A DNA stretch of 64,000 nucleotides, taken from contig NC_045697.1 of NCBI RefSeq assembly GCF_009834535.1, forward strand, positions 12,774,001 through 12,838,000. The letters are read 5' to 3'. The position numbers and the translations under genes are program-made. Under the pieces are notes generated by a model. It saw only the letters and a list, made by a program, of their open reading frames with translations. It was not told the DNA's origin and made no database searches. Positions within the stretch are counted from its first letter, which is position 1, and each line of letters begins with the position of its first letter. Below, piece after piece: positions 34,366-48,640 of the stretch. Source of the stretch: Camelus ferus. Lineage: Eukaryota.

Positions 34366-36756
34366 CTTTTGGAAACAGTCATTTTTATAGTCACTGCATT
34401 TGCATAGCAATAGAGTGAATTCCAGCTCAAAGTAGTAACATATTAACAGTCACCTGGTTAAATGTGGTTTGAGTACCTGCAATGTAAGTGATATATGCCT
34501 TAAAAGAAAAAAACAAAAACAAACAAAACTGATGACAATAATATCAAAACCCAAAACCGAAATTCTACTAATTGCAGACACAAGAATTTAGAACCTGTGT
34601 GTATTAGTTTATCACAACTCGGATACCCATGTGAACTCATGGTAGGAGCATGTATAAGTGAGTGTCACAGATGTGAATCAGTAGATGACACAGAATCACA
34701 CATCAAAAGACACAGAGATCCTGAGTCAGAGCAGGGAGTTATTATACAACCGTGTTGTAAGCAGTTTATTCTCTGACGTGGAGTCACCTTTTCTTTAGTG
34801 GAAACTTCTGAAGGCTTTACGCAGTGCCAAGTTAAAGAAGTCTGTCAATTACGTTTAAGACAAGAAACTTGTACTTGCTGAACCCAAGTGTTACTTGCAG
34901 TCAGTTCCTGTGTCTGGAGTAAGAAGGTCAAGTAAACAGCATCCCTAGAAACGCAGGCCAAGGTGGGGTCTGTGTTTGCTTGGGTGTTTCAGCTTTCCTT
35001 GGGGTTCTGGATAAAACAGAGATCAAAATTTGCTTCCCTATGATACAGTTTTCTTTTATTATGAGGAAGTTTCATACTGGCTATCATTCATTCAGCACTG
35101 TTACAAGCTAGATGATCCCCTGGTTCTTTTAGATGTGTTCCCAATCCTTTCAAAAAGCCCAGAGGATACTGTTGGTGATTGTGAGGGACAGGACACTACT
35201 TCACTCACAAGGATCACACGTATGGCTCTGAAGCAGCAGAGTTCAGGGTTTAGGGTCTCTGGTTCTAAAGTTCTTACCCTCTTCTCTACGTGATGCTTCT
35301 TTATACTTGCAGATGATGAATAACAAACATTTCAATCTACCAGTAAAATCTAAAGTTATCTAAAAGATACCACTTGAGTCCTCCATGGGCTGATCAAAGT
35401 TTTTGTTTCTACTTTCATAGCATATTTTTTTGGTGGTGGGTATAAGAAAGGGAATCACTGTATGCTTCCAATTTTCTGTCTCTCCATTCTCCTGCTCCCT
35501 GAATGAAACCCTTAAAACAAAAAGCCCTCATGGCCGTATCATTTGAGGAGCTAGTGTTAAAAACTCAAAGACCTTAATTGTGTTTTCTTACCATCCAAAT
35601 ATCTTGTCCATTTGATCAAAATTTCTATTGACCAGAAAAAATTATCTAAGCCAGCTCTTTGTCAGTTAATCATTTAAATATTTCTCAACCAGATGATGTG
35701 TTAGAAAGGTAAAGCTATAATCTCAAACATTTTTGTCATATGTCTAAACAGGTTACTTTTGTTTCTTCAAGTCAGAGTGAAAGTGGTTTAGAAGAAAGAT
35801 GATAACAGTATAAGATCAAAATTTTATACAAATGTTAATTTCTTTGGTAAATTCTTTGAAGTGGAGGAAAATCTGTGGAGTGGTCTGTAGTGAAATTTAT
35901 TTAGCGTGATTCTTCATTTGTGACTTGGCACCTCTGATGTATATCTGGATACTTTTTTTTTTTTAATTTGGAAAAAAGCAAGAAATGGTGAGTAGTTTGA
36001 AAAAAATAAAAAAGGATAACAGAAAAACCACCTGTACCATTTAAATTAAAAAATGATAAATTTTTATGTCTATTTTTAAAACCATACAAATGGAAAAACA
36101 CATGGCATGATTTTATTCATTCACTATGGAAATTTTAATGAATAGGGGTTCTGAGCATAAAAATACACAATGCTGCTCACCTGGATTAAGCTGTGGTCTG
36201 AGCCTGTAGAGAGGATACATCACAGCACCCACCTTGGACCATTTGGAGAGTCTGGCTTGTGTACAGAATTCCAGTCCACACCCTTGAAGGTTCTGCTTCT
36301 AAAACATTATGGTAGGGGGAGGAACTTTAGCCTATGAGGGAAAATAAGGCCACTGGTGAACCCAGAAAAACCATTATGGAAAGTCATCTGGGGACTTCGA
36401 CTACCCAGATGTATTTTCCTTCCTCTGATTTCCCACTGAGGAACCTGTCCTTTCCATTCTGCCGAATCTTGCTAGAACTGTCAATCAAGAGGCCACTGTG
36501 CCCTGGCTGTGCTTGGGATTAGCTGCCATATGTATAATGTTAACTGCTGTGGCTCCCAGAAGAGTGTGTCTTAAGCTATGTGACCCAAACATGAATTCCA
36601 TAGGCAGGTCCCTTAGGAAAATTTCATTATTTTCTGGTATACCCCATCCAATGACTGCTCTGTAAATGAATGTTTTTCATCCTTTCCTTTTTGTTCAGTG
36701 GGATACCTCAGATTCTAAACGCACTATTTTCAGTTTCTTTCTGGATCTCACTTCCA

Positions 36757-37980
36757 CTTTTTAAAATCCATCTTTATTGAGATATAATTGACATACAGTA
36801 CTGTGTAAGTTTGAGGTGTCCAGCATGATGATTCGACTTACCTGTGTCATGAAATGATTATCACAATAGGTTTAGTGAACATTCATCATCTGATACGGAC
36901 ACAAAATTAAAGAAACAGAAAAAAAAATTTTCCATGTGATGAGAACTCTTGGGATTTACTTTCTTAACAACTTTCATACAGCAGTGTTAATTATATTTAT
37001 CATGTTGTATCCTTTATTTATCTAATAACTTGAAGTTTGCACTTTTTGAGTACCTTCATCCAATTTCCCCTCCTCCCATCCCCCGGCCTCCGGTAACCAC
37101 AAATCTGACCTCTTGTTCTTTGAGTCTGTTTGTATATTTATTTGTTTACTTTTGCAGTGTAATAGACCTACAACATTTCATTAGTTCCTGTTACACAACA
37201 TAGTGCTTTTTTCTATACATTTTAATATGATCACCACGATAAATCTAGTTATGATATGTCACCATATAAAGAATTACTCAGTTATTGACTATATTCCCCA
37301 CACTGTACATTTTATAAATTTGTTTTACAACTAGAAATTTGTACCTCTTCATCTCCCTATTTTTTTAATCAACCTATAGCTTGGCTACTGTAAATAATGC
37401 TGCAATGAAGGTACAGATGCCTGTATCTTTACTAATTTGTGTTTTTATTTTCTTCATATAAACAACCAGAAGTGGAATTGCTATTTTTATTTTTTTGAGA
37501 AACTGCCATACGGTTTTCCATAGCAGCTGCACCAACTTACATTCCTAAGTGCACAATTGTCCCCTTTTCTCTACATCCTCACTAACACTTGTTATTTGTT
37601 CTTTTTGATAATGGCTATGTTGACAGATGTGAAGTGATATCTCCTTGTGGTTTTGACTTGCACTTCGTTGATGATTAGTGATGTTGAAGACCTTATCATG
37701 TGCTGGTTGGCCTTCTGTATGTCACCTTTGAAAAAATACCTATTCGGATCCCCTGCCCACGCTTTAATCAGTCTTTTTTTTTTTTTTTTTTTTTATGTTG
37801 ATCTGTATGAGTTTTTTGTATATTTTGGATATTATCACTTGCAAAATATCTTTTCCCATTCAGTCAGTGGCCTCTTTGTTTTGTGGATAGTTTCTTTTGC
37901 TGTGTAAAGGATTTTTATTTGATGTAGTCTCATTTGTGTCTTTGCTTTTGTTGCCCTTGCCTGACGAGAGAGCCAAAAGA
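36757..37980 (-). mobile_element. L1 (L1MA9-like / laurasiatherian) 3' UTR and ORF2 end
   Basis: 'tttattgagatataattgacatac...tgtgatgagaactctt'; ORF2 remnant 'IKILYTAKETIHKTKRPLTEWEKIF'. Confidence 0.85.
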
Positions 37981-38674
37981 ATTTGGAGTAACAGACTCCT
38001 AAATCTTGATATTCATAGGACATTTTGTTCTGCCAAGTTCCTAATTTTACCTTCACTACAGTCTTAGGAATCAGATTCCTTTTTGATTTTTATCTAGGGA
38101 TGAAGAAACTGAGGCTAAGAATTCAGGTGAAATCCACTGAATTCCCTCAGGTGGGGAACGTAGGAGCTGAGGTTATGATCTTAGCTTTTGGGCACTAGAG
38201 CCTAAATTATGTACATTTCCCTGAACTGCCTTTCTAAATTCCTTTTAAACCAGCATGGTTCATCCCAACTTTTCAGCAACAGAGATTCTCAGCTCTCCTT
38301 CTATTCATCCCTGTCAGCCATTCCCTTCTTAAGTTTCAATTTATTTTACAGGTGAAAAGAAATTAGAGTCTTGCTTTGGAGATTTATAGCTAAAAATGCC
38401 CTATCTTTTCTTAAGATTTAATTTGTTTTATATGCGGGACATGAGCACACATGCACCAAACTTCTAGTCTTCAAACCAACAAAACCTATAGAGGAGAGAA
38501 GAAATAAAAATATCAATTTGCATTTTCAATGAACCATAAAATTCCAAGATTGGAAGGGATCTTAAATCATCAGGTTCAAATGCTGGTATTTATGAAGTTA
38601 AGCTGTGTAACCAGGTCCTGGTACAAGACTTGATGTCATTTCAGACCATCACGTGCCACGTAGTCGCGGTGAAG

Positions 38675-38975
38675 GTGTATTCAGTGTTCCCACTTGTGCC
38701 AGGCTCTGTTCTAGGTGAATTACCTGTGCAGCCCTGTTATATGTGTATATACGTACATAAATCATCATACAGTCTCTAGTCAAACAGTCATAACCTATAA
38801 TGCTTCATTCACATAAAACAGATTGTCCTCACAATAACTCAATCAAGTATTTTCTTTTAATTATTCCACATTAGAGATGAGGAAACTGAGGCATAAGCTT
38901 ATTTAACTTCCTCCAAGTCACATTGCTGACAGCAGTCAGAATTTGAACACAAGAAGTGTGGCTCCAGGACTGCTA
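38675..38975 (-). mobile_element. MIR
   Basis: 'tgtgccaggctctgttctagg...agatgaggaaactgaggcata...aacttcctccaagtcaca...gaatttgaacacaag'. Confidence 0.65.
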
Positions 38976-39109
38976 CGTGACACCTCCTCGTGGGACTGGG
39001 GAGGAGACCACTCGCCTTCCACAAGGACCCTGCCACTGCTCAGGGACTGCAGAGATGATGGCTTTGTAAATAATGTTCTTTTCATTATCTCTCCTAACTT
39101 CCTTTCCTG

Positions 39110-39290
39110 TTATGGAGGAAGCTATTGATTTTTATATATTTACTCTGCTATTGGGTATCTTACTGACTGCCGTTATTAGTTGTAATAGCTTTTCAGTGAT
39201 GCCTTCTGAGTTTTCCAGGTGTACAATTGTGTCATTTACAAATAAGAACACTTTTTCTTCCTTTAAGCCAATTGTATATATCAGTGACGT
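39110..39290 (-). mobile_element. Small L1ME-like fragment
   Basis: 'gctattgatttttatatattt...ttttccaggtgtacaattgtgtcatttacaaataa'. Confidence 0.5.
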
Positions 39291-42200
39291 GGTTTGTTAG
39301 GTCAGGTTTAATGCAGGTTTTCTTACAAATTATTTGGAGTGATGGAAATGCTGTAGAATTTTGGAGCCTCTGTAGGCAGTTAAGAGGCTTTTCAGTTGGA
39401 AGGTAGTAATGGTCTGGCCTAAATAATGACATGGGAAAATCAGTATCTATTAGAGTAGGATTTTATATTAAAAATTGACTAAACTTAGGAATACAGCCTG
39501 GGAAATGCTAAAAGATTTTGAAACTAACGCATGCAAGTCCAATTGATAATGATCAGGAAATTGACTCTATTTTAATCGCTGTTGAATTCCACTAATCTGT
39601 TCATCTGAAACAAGGTAGCTTGAAAGAAATAATCAGAACTTTCAGTTTATAAACAATTCTAGGAATGTGTTTCTAAGAGAAACACACATATATTTTTAAA
39701 TTTGTACAGCCTCTCCATGGTTTGATATTTGCTCTACTTACCTATAAACTATATTATATAAAGTTAGCATGATGCTTATCCAATTTATAAAGTAACTTAA
39801 AAAACAATATTCTGACTCATTTAGCCTTTTAAAATCCTGAGATGGATAATACGCTGGTTTTTGAAATTTAGTTCACTTCAGAATATTAGCATACATCTTA
39901 AGAATGGGTGTTAAGGCAAAGTTATTGAGGTAATTAGTCCAGGGCAGAGCCTAGGAACCTACATTTTTAGCTATCAGTCCAGGTAATCAGAATTATAGAT
40001 TGGCTCACAGACTACGCATTGAGAAACCCTGGGCTAGGTCTTTACAGTTTGCACCAGCACTTTGAACTTGTGTGCTGTTTGGTACACACCTCCCTGTCAC
40101 TCACATTTCAAATGTCGGCACCTTCTACTATTTCTCTGAACATGGCGGGTTGTTAAAATTTTCCATATCCCTGTCTATATGGTTCTGACTGCTTAGAGTG
40201 TCATGATTTGACAACATTAACAGTCAAATTATCCTTCTCAACTCAATTCAGGCTCAGGGGAATCATGGTTCTCTTCCCCAGGGTGAGACTGAGGGTTTAT
40301 GGGTCCCTCTCCAGTAAAGAAGCAGCCAAATTGTCCTTTCGGCCTGGTGGGACTGAGCAGAGGACCACGGGTGAGGCACATTTCCTGAATGTATGTGGAA
40401 GCCTCCATGGAAGGCCTCAGCCCATGAAAATTATTCATTCTTTGGAGAGCTTGCTGTCACAACCAAATGAGGGTTAAACAAAGGCAGTTTAAAAAAATGT
40501 ACTTCTGTTACTCCAACTTTTTTGCTTAGTCCCAAGGAGAGGCAGAGTAATATTTAGTATGGCCTCCTTTGTAAAAATAAAAGAAGACACTGTATACATG
40601 TAAGCTTAGGGGAAGAAAAAAATCTGAATATGCAGAGCTTTTATCTACTTCCAATAATTACTCCTAAAGAAAAGGAGGAAAGGATAAAAATGCACTACCA
40701 CTAAAACTGAGTGGTAATGATCAACCTGTTTCTGTAATCTAGGATGGATTTCCACTAACTGTGAGAATAGACATGGATTAAAAAACACAGTAGTGAACCA
40801 GAAACACCTAATACCTTGGTTTGTTTACTTGGAATTAGGTAGACATAACCTGCCTGTCCTTTGTTCCAAACCCAACATATGACTGGGAATGTGATTACCA
40901 GCACTCTTAGATGGCTGGAAAGGAAGGGACGAGTGATGGTGTGTCACAGTCACTGTGCATCCCAAAGATAAAGGAGCTGGGATTGAAACACCGAAAGTCC
41001 AGGTCACTGCAGTCTCTGTTGAATTCAGTCCGTCTAACTGCCTCTGATTGCATGAGTGCCAGACAGTTGTAGACTGGCTCTAAAAGGCCATATATTCAGA
41101 ATTCAATCAAAAACTCTTCATAGCATGTCACTGTAACGGCCAGTTTTAAAAATGAAATGAACAAAATAAATGAGGCCTACTACACAAACCAACAAAACAA
41201 CAAACCAACCAAACAACCCTGCAGAAGAGGAAGAAAAACAGCATCCTAAAGACAATTCTCAGAGAAGATACCCCAAGCTGTGTCAATCACGGGCAGCATC
41301 TTGTAGGTGAGTTTACACTTCCAGGACCAAATCTGATAAAGGTGGCCCTCATTTGAATGAGAAGTTCCCAAAATACCTGTTTAGAAACAGTCTTAGCATA
41401 TTACCACATATAATTCGGAAGATATTTTGCAGTATCTTTTTTGGTGAAAGAAAGGGGGAGCCCTGTCTCTTCTTGTCCCTCCTGGGTGGTCCTGTTGTTC
41501 CTGCATAGGAGCAGAGAGTGTAATTTTTTCTTCTTTCAAAGATCCTAAGTGGAGGTTATTTCTCTGCCTTTATTGTTTGTTGCCTTCTCAGCACTGCCTC
41601 ACTCCTGCTAGTTTGTGTAAGAAACCAATAGGGGGCTTTCATTATCTTTTCTCTAAGTGTTGCCTTCCCTGATTTTCCCCCCTTGTTTTCTTTCTTTCTG
41701 AAGATATCTTCATTTCCATTTTGCTAGGATGTTTCTTTGAAAAAGGAGAAACTCGTATACTTCTTTAAAAGTATACCTCATTCAAAACATGGAGAAGAGA
41801 GAGACTAATAAATTAAGAGCAAGGGCATGAATTGAGAAAGTTACAACTCCCCAAACTGCAATTGTGGGAGAAAGAAAGAGGGAAAGAACAGAAGATAGTG
41901 CGAAACAATCTCAGGCAGAACACTGAAAACCCCTATTCAGAAGTGCAACAAATTGGACATTCCCTTTAGCCTGTCAATCTCCCATTCTCAGTCCTTATAC
42001 AGCATCTCTTTTTCCTGATGCTCAGTCTGAAGTATTTCCTCTCATGAAAAGAATAGAGTTTTTCAAACTCAAGAGCCTAATTAGGAACAAGGTTTTCCAT
42101 CCTTTCACTATTCTAAGTTCAGCTTCTCTTTTCTGCACTATTTACAATGAAAGCATTTATAAGAAAGGATATCGCAGTAGGATACTGCCATCATTGGTAG

Positions 42201-42564
42201 TATCGAAATGAGAACTGTGGATAGAAAATAGACATAAGTTCAAGTACTGCCTTATCCATTCTTTGTGAGTGTTTTTGTGTAAGGCAACGATGAGCAGGCA
42301 CATACCATATTGGAACTACCCTAAGTGGATTGTGAAACACCTCGGCGCTATCATTGAGTCGCTACGGCCATATGGAATGAGCCTCAAATTCAGTATTAGA
42401 AAAAAGTTGCTCACTTCCAAATTTTGACACCATTCTTATAGACTACGTTTGTTTAGCCTTCAGGAAGAAGCAGAACTGGAAATAGACTTGTCAGAGATGA
42501 CGGGGAGAAAAGGAAGCATTTTTATGGGAGGGATATAGAGAATATTAGTTTTAACCACAGTGCA

Positions 42565-42720
42565 ACCATGCTTCTCAAACTTTAGCATGCATGAGACTCA
42601 AGTGTAGAGCCAGATGGCTGGTTCCTGCCAGAAGAAGTTCTGCCAAGGAGCCACATGATTTGCATAATTTGCACTGGCGATGCCAAGGCTTCCAGTAAAT
42701 AAGTGGACCACAATCTGTGT
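42565..42720. mobile_element. MER5A-like remnant
   Basis: 'gcttctcaaactttagcatgcatgagactca...gatttgcat...ggaccacaatctgtgtagca'. Confidence 0.5.
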
Positions 42721-42769
42721 AGCAAAGACATAAGGCATAGGTTTTGGGGGAGAAAAATCAAAACAGGAG

Positions 42770-43700
42770 ATGTCTCAAATTTTGAAATTATGCTTGACTC
42801 TTCCTCTCACTTTTGTCCTTCCCTCCGAGCTTTCTCATTCTGTGGCGCAATTTCCAATCACTCGTAGACCGGTCTTCTAAATTCTACCCTCAGATTTCCT
42901 TTTTAGTTTACCTCCATATTTTCACCCCCACTTTAATTCAAACCATATACATATACATATATATATATATTTGAAGTATAGTCAGTTTATAATGTTGTGT
43001 CAAACTCATATATATATTTTCATATTTTTTTCACCATAAGTTACTACAAGATACTGAATATACTCTAACCCTGTGCTGTACAGTATGAACTTATTGTTTA
43101 TCGCAAACCCTTTTAAAATTGCTTTTTGCCTGAATCTTTAATGGTATTTTGAGTGATCCCCCAGCCTCCAGTCTTGTTTCAATTTAATCTAACCTCCACA
43201 TAACTTTCTTTTTAAAATAAAATCTGATCAAATTGTTCCTTTGATTAAAAGCTCTCCAATTCTCTACAGAGTGAAGTCCAAGCTTCTTAGCATTGCATAT
43301 TAGGATTTCCTGATCTCTCCCTCACCCATCTGTCCAGTTTTCTCTCCAGCAATTCCCCCATTCCATCCCATCCGAGTAATGCTTTATTTACCTGACAGCC
43401 ATGTTGAGTTACTTGTGGATTCCCTAACAGACAATGCTATAGTCTTTCCACTTGAAATGTCTTTAACTGGAAGAAATTTCCATTCATCCCTTAACATCCA
43501 ACTTGGCATAACTCCTCTTTGAGATTTTTCATGACTCTTTAGATAGCCAACTGCCTAAAACCATCCCTCTCCTGTGGCCACTTGTCAGTTTGTAGTAATT
43601 ATTGCTTATCTTCTCTAAAATAGTGTAATTTCCTTGAAAGCAGGGTTCAAAATGCAACTTGTGCAGCATCTAGCACAATGATGTTTGCTCACAATTAAAC
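42770..43700 (+). mobile_element. L2 remnant interrupted by a young L1 tail
   Basis: 'cttgactcttcctctc...aaatctgatca...cagagtgaagtccaagcttcttagc...tccttgaaagcaggg...catctagcacaatg'. Confidence 0.6.
42950..43102 (-). mobile_element. Short young L1 3'-end insertion (internally deleted)
   Basis: 'tttgaagtatagtcagtttataatgttgtgtcaa...ccataagttactacaagatactgaatata...cctgtgctgtacagta'; 'caaacc' on both flanks. Confidence 0.75.
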
Positions 43701-44195
43701 TGATTTTAAGAGAGATTAAATGATATTTGAAGATTTCCATTTTTCAGATATGGAAAGAAGAAAAGAAAGATGAAGAAAGTGTGTCAAAGCCTTTAAAACA
43801 GAGCTACAGAGTGATATGATGTCTCTGCTAAAATGAGACAGTTCAGTCAAATAGGATTTCTGTCTTGTTAAGAGGCTTATGCAGATCACTGTAAGGACCA
43901 GGAAACACTTAGAAACCAGTGAGTGTGTCTGTCTATCTTTGTGTTTCAAGCCTTAAGTATATTGTTTAAATACTCAGTACAAATATCACCAATTGTATAT
44001 AGAGCATGCAAATTGCTAATACTTTGATGATTTTGTTCCAGCTGTGCTCTGCTTTGGAAAACTATCAAATATCCTTTACTTCATTAAACATGAAGCCTAC
44101 AGCAAGTCTGGAGATTTACAAAGTGTCTATTTTCCTATTAACCAAGAGCAAAAAAAGAAACTTTGTAAAGTACAACATAACAGAACACTTTCCCC

Positions 44196-44693
44196 CGTAG
44201 ACTGGAATAAATGCACAGCCTAAAAGTTGAGAGTTATGTTTTATTTGGCGGACATTTCTGAGGACTCAAACCCCTTTGAGTCTGGGATGACAACCTCCCA
44301 GATCTCTCTGAGGGACTGCTCCAAAGAGGTAGGAGAGGAGCAAGGATATATAGGAGCTTTACAACAAAGACCAGGTAATTGGAACTTTAAAAGGTTACTT
44401 GTGAACTAAAGAAAACCAGGCATCTCAAGTTAAAGAATGTAGCGCTTTTCTCTGTATGGGAGGAAGCCAACATTTGGGCTCACTGAATTCATTCCTTTGA
44501 CAAGCCCCTCGCTATCTAGGGCCAGTATCCTGTCCTTTCTTATTCTGAGTCCCCTCAGGGTGCACCATGGTGAGTGGCTGCAGAGGCTGGGCTGCAGGCT
44601 TGTCTTCACTAGGGGGTGGCGACAGCAGCTGATGACTTGATGGTTTCAGCATTCTTTGTTTGCTGATATGGTTTGCAGTATTTCTAATTCACA
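44196..44693 (-). mobile_element. ERV1 solo LTR, MER41-like (artiodactyl MER41_BT type)
   Basis: 498 bp with (C/T)G...CA ends and CCCC TSD at 44192-44195 / 44694-44697. Text 'aaatgcacagcctaaaagttgagagttatgttttattt...ctctgagggactgctccaaagaggta...gctatctagggccagtatcctg'. AATAAA and TATA on the minus strand. Confidence 0.8.
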
Positions 44694-46249
44694 CCCCTTC
44701 TTCCTCTCCCATTCTCTGTATACGCCAACCAGCTCAAGGAAACCTGGGTTGCCATAAAGTTACAATAAATTCTTTCGTATCTCTCAGGCTAGGGGCAACT
44801 CTCAAAAATTTCAACTGTAAGACAGAATATGAGTCATAAAACCAAACAATTCTGTCCCCAAATACTATATGAATAGGCCAAGGAAAATTCACCAGGGTGG
44901 ATGATGTAGACACGCTGATAGAAGTAGGTAGAAGAGCAGAGCCCCAGGACAGGTGGTACCTTGATAAATGTTAGTTTCTGAAATGTGTGACCAGGAGTTT
45001 TGCTTCTCCATATGTCTCTAAAGCAATCCAGGGGGAGTCCTAACACATATGCCACATTTTTTTTTTTTTTTTTATATAGCCTAAATTCTCATGGAAGAGT
45101 GACTCAAGCTCTGAAGCTGGCTCAGCTTATTAAAGTACTTTGCTTTCAACGTGGGCTCTGCTCTGAGAGGGACAGAAAGGAAGAAGGGGGTTGTTGAGCT
45201 GACTCTGGACTCTCATTTCATAAGAAGCTCAGGTGTGTGCTAGCCATGATGCCACTACACAGTTTAGTTAGGGGTATATCCTGTTTGCTCTGGTTTGTTT
45301 CACTCTAGGTCCTCTTTCTAAACCTCTCCTAATCCTTACTATCGCTTAACTCAGGAGCAAATTCACACCTCTTGGATTTTTTTTCCTTTGATCCAGGCAG
45401 GTCCTTAAGGTAGCCCTGACATTCCCATTGGAGAATACACCAACAGTTGTAATCTTTGGAAGTATACTGAGCTCATGGTTGCCAAAGAATTCAAGAAAAC
45501 AGCGCACAACTGTTTCGATTCCATTGTCTGTTTCAGGAATAATAGCCTCCAGATGGAGAAGATAAGATATAGCCTGTGGGTCATTTATGTGATAGTTTTA
45601 CTCTTTCTCCCTCCAGATTCTCACCTCTAGTTTGAATCCTGTCTCTGTCATCCTTGGGAAGTAACCTCCTGGTTACTCCCTTCTGAATATTTCCAAATTA
45701 TAAATTTTATTACATCTTATGCAACTATGTATATTTTATGTTAATTCAATTTTTAATGATTAGAAGTTTTATTATTTTTAATTGGCAAAGTATATAAAAG
45801 TTTATAGGTTTAGAAACATTTAAAATTTCCCAAATAGAATAAGTTTTAAATTCTTAGTGTATGTATCTATAAAAAATGTAATTATACATGAGTTGTTGTG
45901 CTCTGAATAGGAGAGAGAGGTATTTTGAGTGCCACACAGCAAGATTTTCAGTTCTCATATTGTAATGCAGCATAAAACTATTGAAGCCTTAAGTTGGAGT
46001 TTGTATCGTATTGTTGTGTATTAGGTTTACCATGAAAGGAACGTTATGTAATCTGTGTCCATCACTTCAGTGTCATTCTCAATCTGGTGACTTTTCATCA
46101 GAGTCCTGGTGTCTTGGCACTCTCTGCTCTGTTCCAGTCACTGATTTAACGCTGAACAGTCTACCCTGGTGAATCTTCCCAGGTTGAAAATCTGATTTTC
46201 ACAAATGAAATATATGTAAATAGAATGTGTGTGTGTGTGTGTGATTGCA

Positions 46250-47725
46250 AAGTGCAGTCTATCCCGGGAATGTGATGTTTGTTCAGCATCTGAAAATTAA
46301 TCAGTATAATTTATCACATTAATAACATATGGAAGAAAAATCATTTGATCCTCTCAGAAGATGTAAAATATGACTTTTAACAAAACCTAACATCCATTCC
46401 TAATAAAAACTCTCAACAAACGAGGGACTAAAGAAAACTTCTTCAACATGAAAATGGGCATCGACACAAAAAGATCGCTAGTTTCTTAATGGTGGAAAAT
46501 TGAATGCTTGCGCACCAAGACAGAGTACAAGGCAGTGGTGTCCCGTCTTGCCAGACCTGTGAACATCATACCCTAGGTTCTAGTCATTGCACTGAGACAG
46601 AAAAAAGAAAGAAATCCATACCAACAGTTATGGAAGAAGTAAAATTATCTCCATTTTAGATAACGTAATTATCTACTTAGAAAATACCAAGAAACGTAAA
46701 AAATGCTACTAGAACTAGTAAGTTTAGCAGAGTTTCAGGTTACAAAGTCAATACACAAAAAATAACCACACATATTAAAAATTGACTATTTTGAAATTTA
46801 AAAAGTATTGTTAATAATAGCACCAAAATCATGAAACAATGTGGTACACGTATAATAAAATCTGTGCAGATTTTGTACACTGACCATTGTAAAACACTGA
46901 TGAGTAAAATATTTGAGTGAATAGATATATGCCTTATTCATGGATTGGAAGGTTTAATGTTTAGAAGATGTCAATTATCTCTGAACTGACCTTTAGTTTC
47001 AAATCAACCTAAATTAAAATTTTAGCAGAAAATCTTTGTAAAATTTGACAATCTGATTTTAAGGTTTATATGGGAAGGCAATGGAATTAGTCTAATAGCC
47101 AAACATTTTTGAAAAATTCAAGGACTACTTGCCCTATTTTAAGACATCACATAGATTTAGTATTCAAAGGAGTGTGGTATTGGTGAAGTTACAGATACAT
47201 AAGGAGCAGACTAGATTCCAGAAGTAGACTCAAGGTACAGGATTGATGAAGTTTTGCCCAAGGAGTAAAGGCAATTCAATATTGATTTGGCCATCTTTCC
47301 AACAAATGTTGCCAGAACAATTGGACATCCATGTGCAAAATAAATCAAATAAAATAATAAATAAATAAACAAAACCAAAATAAAACAAAATAAAACAAAA
47401 TAAATACAAATATTGGTTCTTGAACTCAAAATGGGTCATAAATCTAAAAATAAGACCTAAAAGTGTAAAATTCTCAGGAAATAGCACAGGTAGAAGTATT
47501 TGTGACCTTGGCTAGGGAAGGTTTTCTTTGATTAGACCACAAGAACACAATCTATTAAACAATATTATACACAGGACTTCATCAACATTAAGAATTTCAA
47601 AACTGCTGCTCTTTGAACGATACTATCAAAAAATATAAGCCATAGAATGAAAGAAAATATTTTATATTACATATTTGATAAGATATTTGTACCCAGAACC
47701 CAATGGTAAGAAAACAAACAATAAC
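46250..47725 (+). mobile_element. Old L1 ORF2 fragment (L1M/L1MC-like)
   Basis: 'atcccgggaatg...catccattcctaataaaaactctcaacaaa...ttcatggattggaagg...gaacaattggacatccatgtgcaaaa'. Confidence 0.8.
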
Positions 47726-47814
47726 TGAAATATGTTTTTGAAGTGTTAGTACCTACCTTGGAAACAAAAGGCTAAAAAGATGTGTGTGTGGGTGTGTGTG
47801 TGTGTAGGGTCAGA

Positions 47815-48640
47815 AGGAGAGAATAGTTGATGAGTTTGATTTTCGAAATATTGGGTTTGAAGAGGTACGGTATCAAATGCAAAGTTTCATTAAGCAGCTG
47901 TATATTTGGACCTGAGGTTCAGAGAAGCAGTGTAACCCTGAAGGAGATTTGTGAACTGTAAGAACACAAGTGATAGCTGTAAGTAGGGAAATAAAAGAAA
48001 TCAAGTGAGTTAAATATATAAATTACACAGAGAAGGCATAACTCGAGGAAATACAAATATTTTATGTCCAGAATGAGGGATAGAGTTCCAAGATGGAAAG
48101 AAACTTATAGGGAGAGACGAGATGATTCTGACAATAAAAATGGTAAAGTTTAATTAATATTAATTGGATGTTTATTATATAATAGACACTATGCTGGGTT
48201 ATGAATATGTATAAAATTATTATCTCATTTTATATATGGGGAAATGAAAGCTTAGGGATAATAAATGATGTCCCAAAGCATATGTTTGTAAGTGGTGGAT
48301 CTGGGTTTGAAGTCAGGAAGTCTGACTGCAGAGCCTGAATTCCTATAAAGTAAATTCGATTTAGAGAGTTGTCGCAGAAGTCATGGGAAAAGAGGAATGC
48401 CAGAAGGAAGAGTTTAGCTGTGTGAAACAAACTTTGTACATTTTGCATTGGATGTAACAATTAGGAAGAGAAGTCATGAGTGATCTTGAAAGGAGACATT
48501 CCATGTATACGGCAGGAGGCAAAAGCAGATTACACACAAAGTAGAGCAGGTGGAGCCAGGACCATAGTAAAAGTGATCTTGGCATAGCCTCTTGGGTTTC
48601 TGGAATAGTTTTAAGAAGGCAAAGACCCGACTGGCTTGTA
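47815..48640 (-). mobile_element. L2 remnants with a nested MIR (~48150-48345)
   Basis: 'gatgagtttgattttcgaaatattgggtttgaag...gcagctgtatatttggacctgaggttcagagaag'; MIR 'ggatctgggtttgaagtcaggaagtctgactgcagagcc'. Confidence 0.55.
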
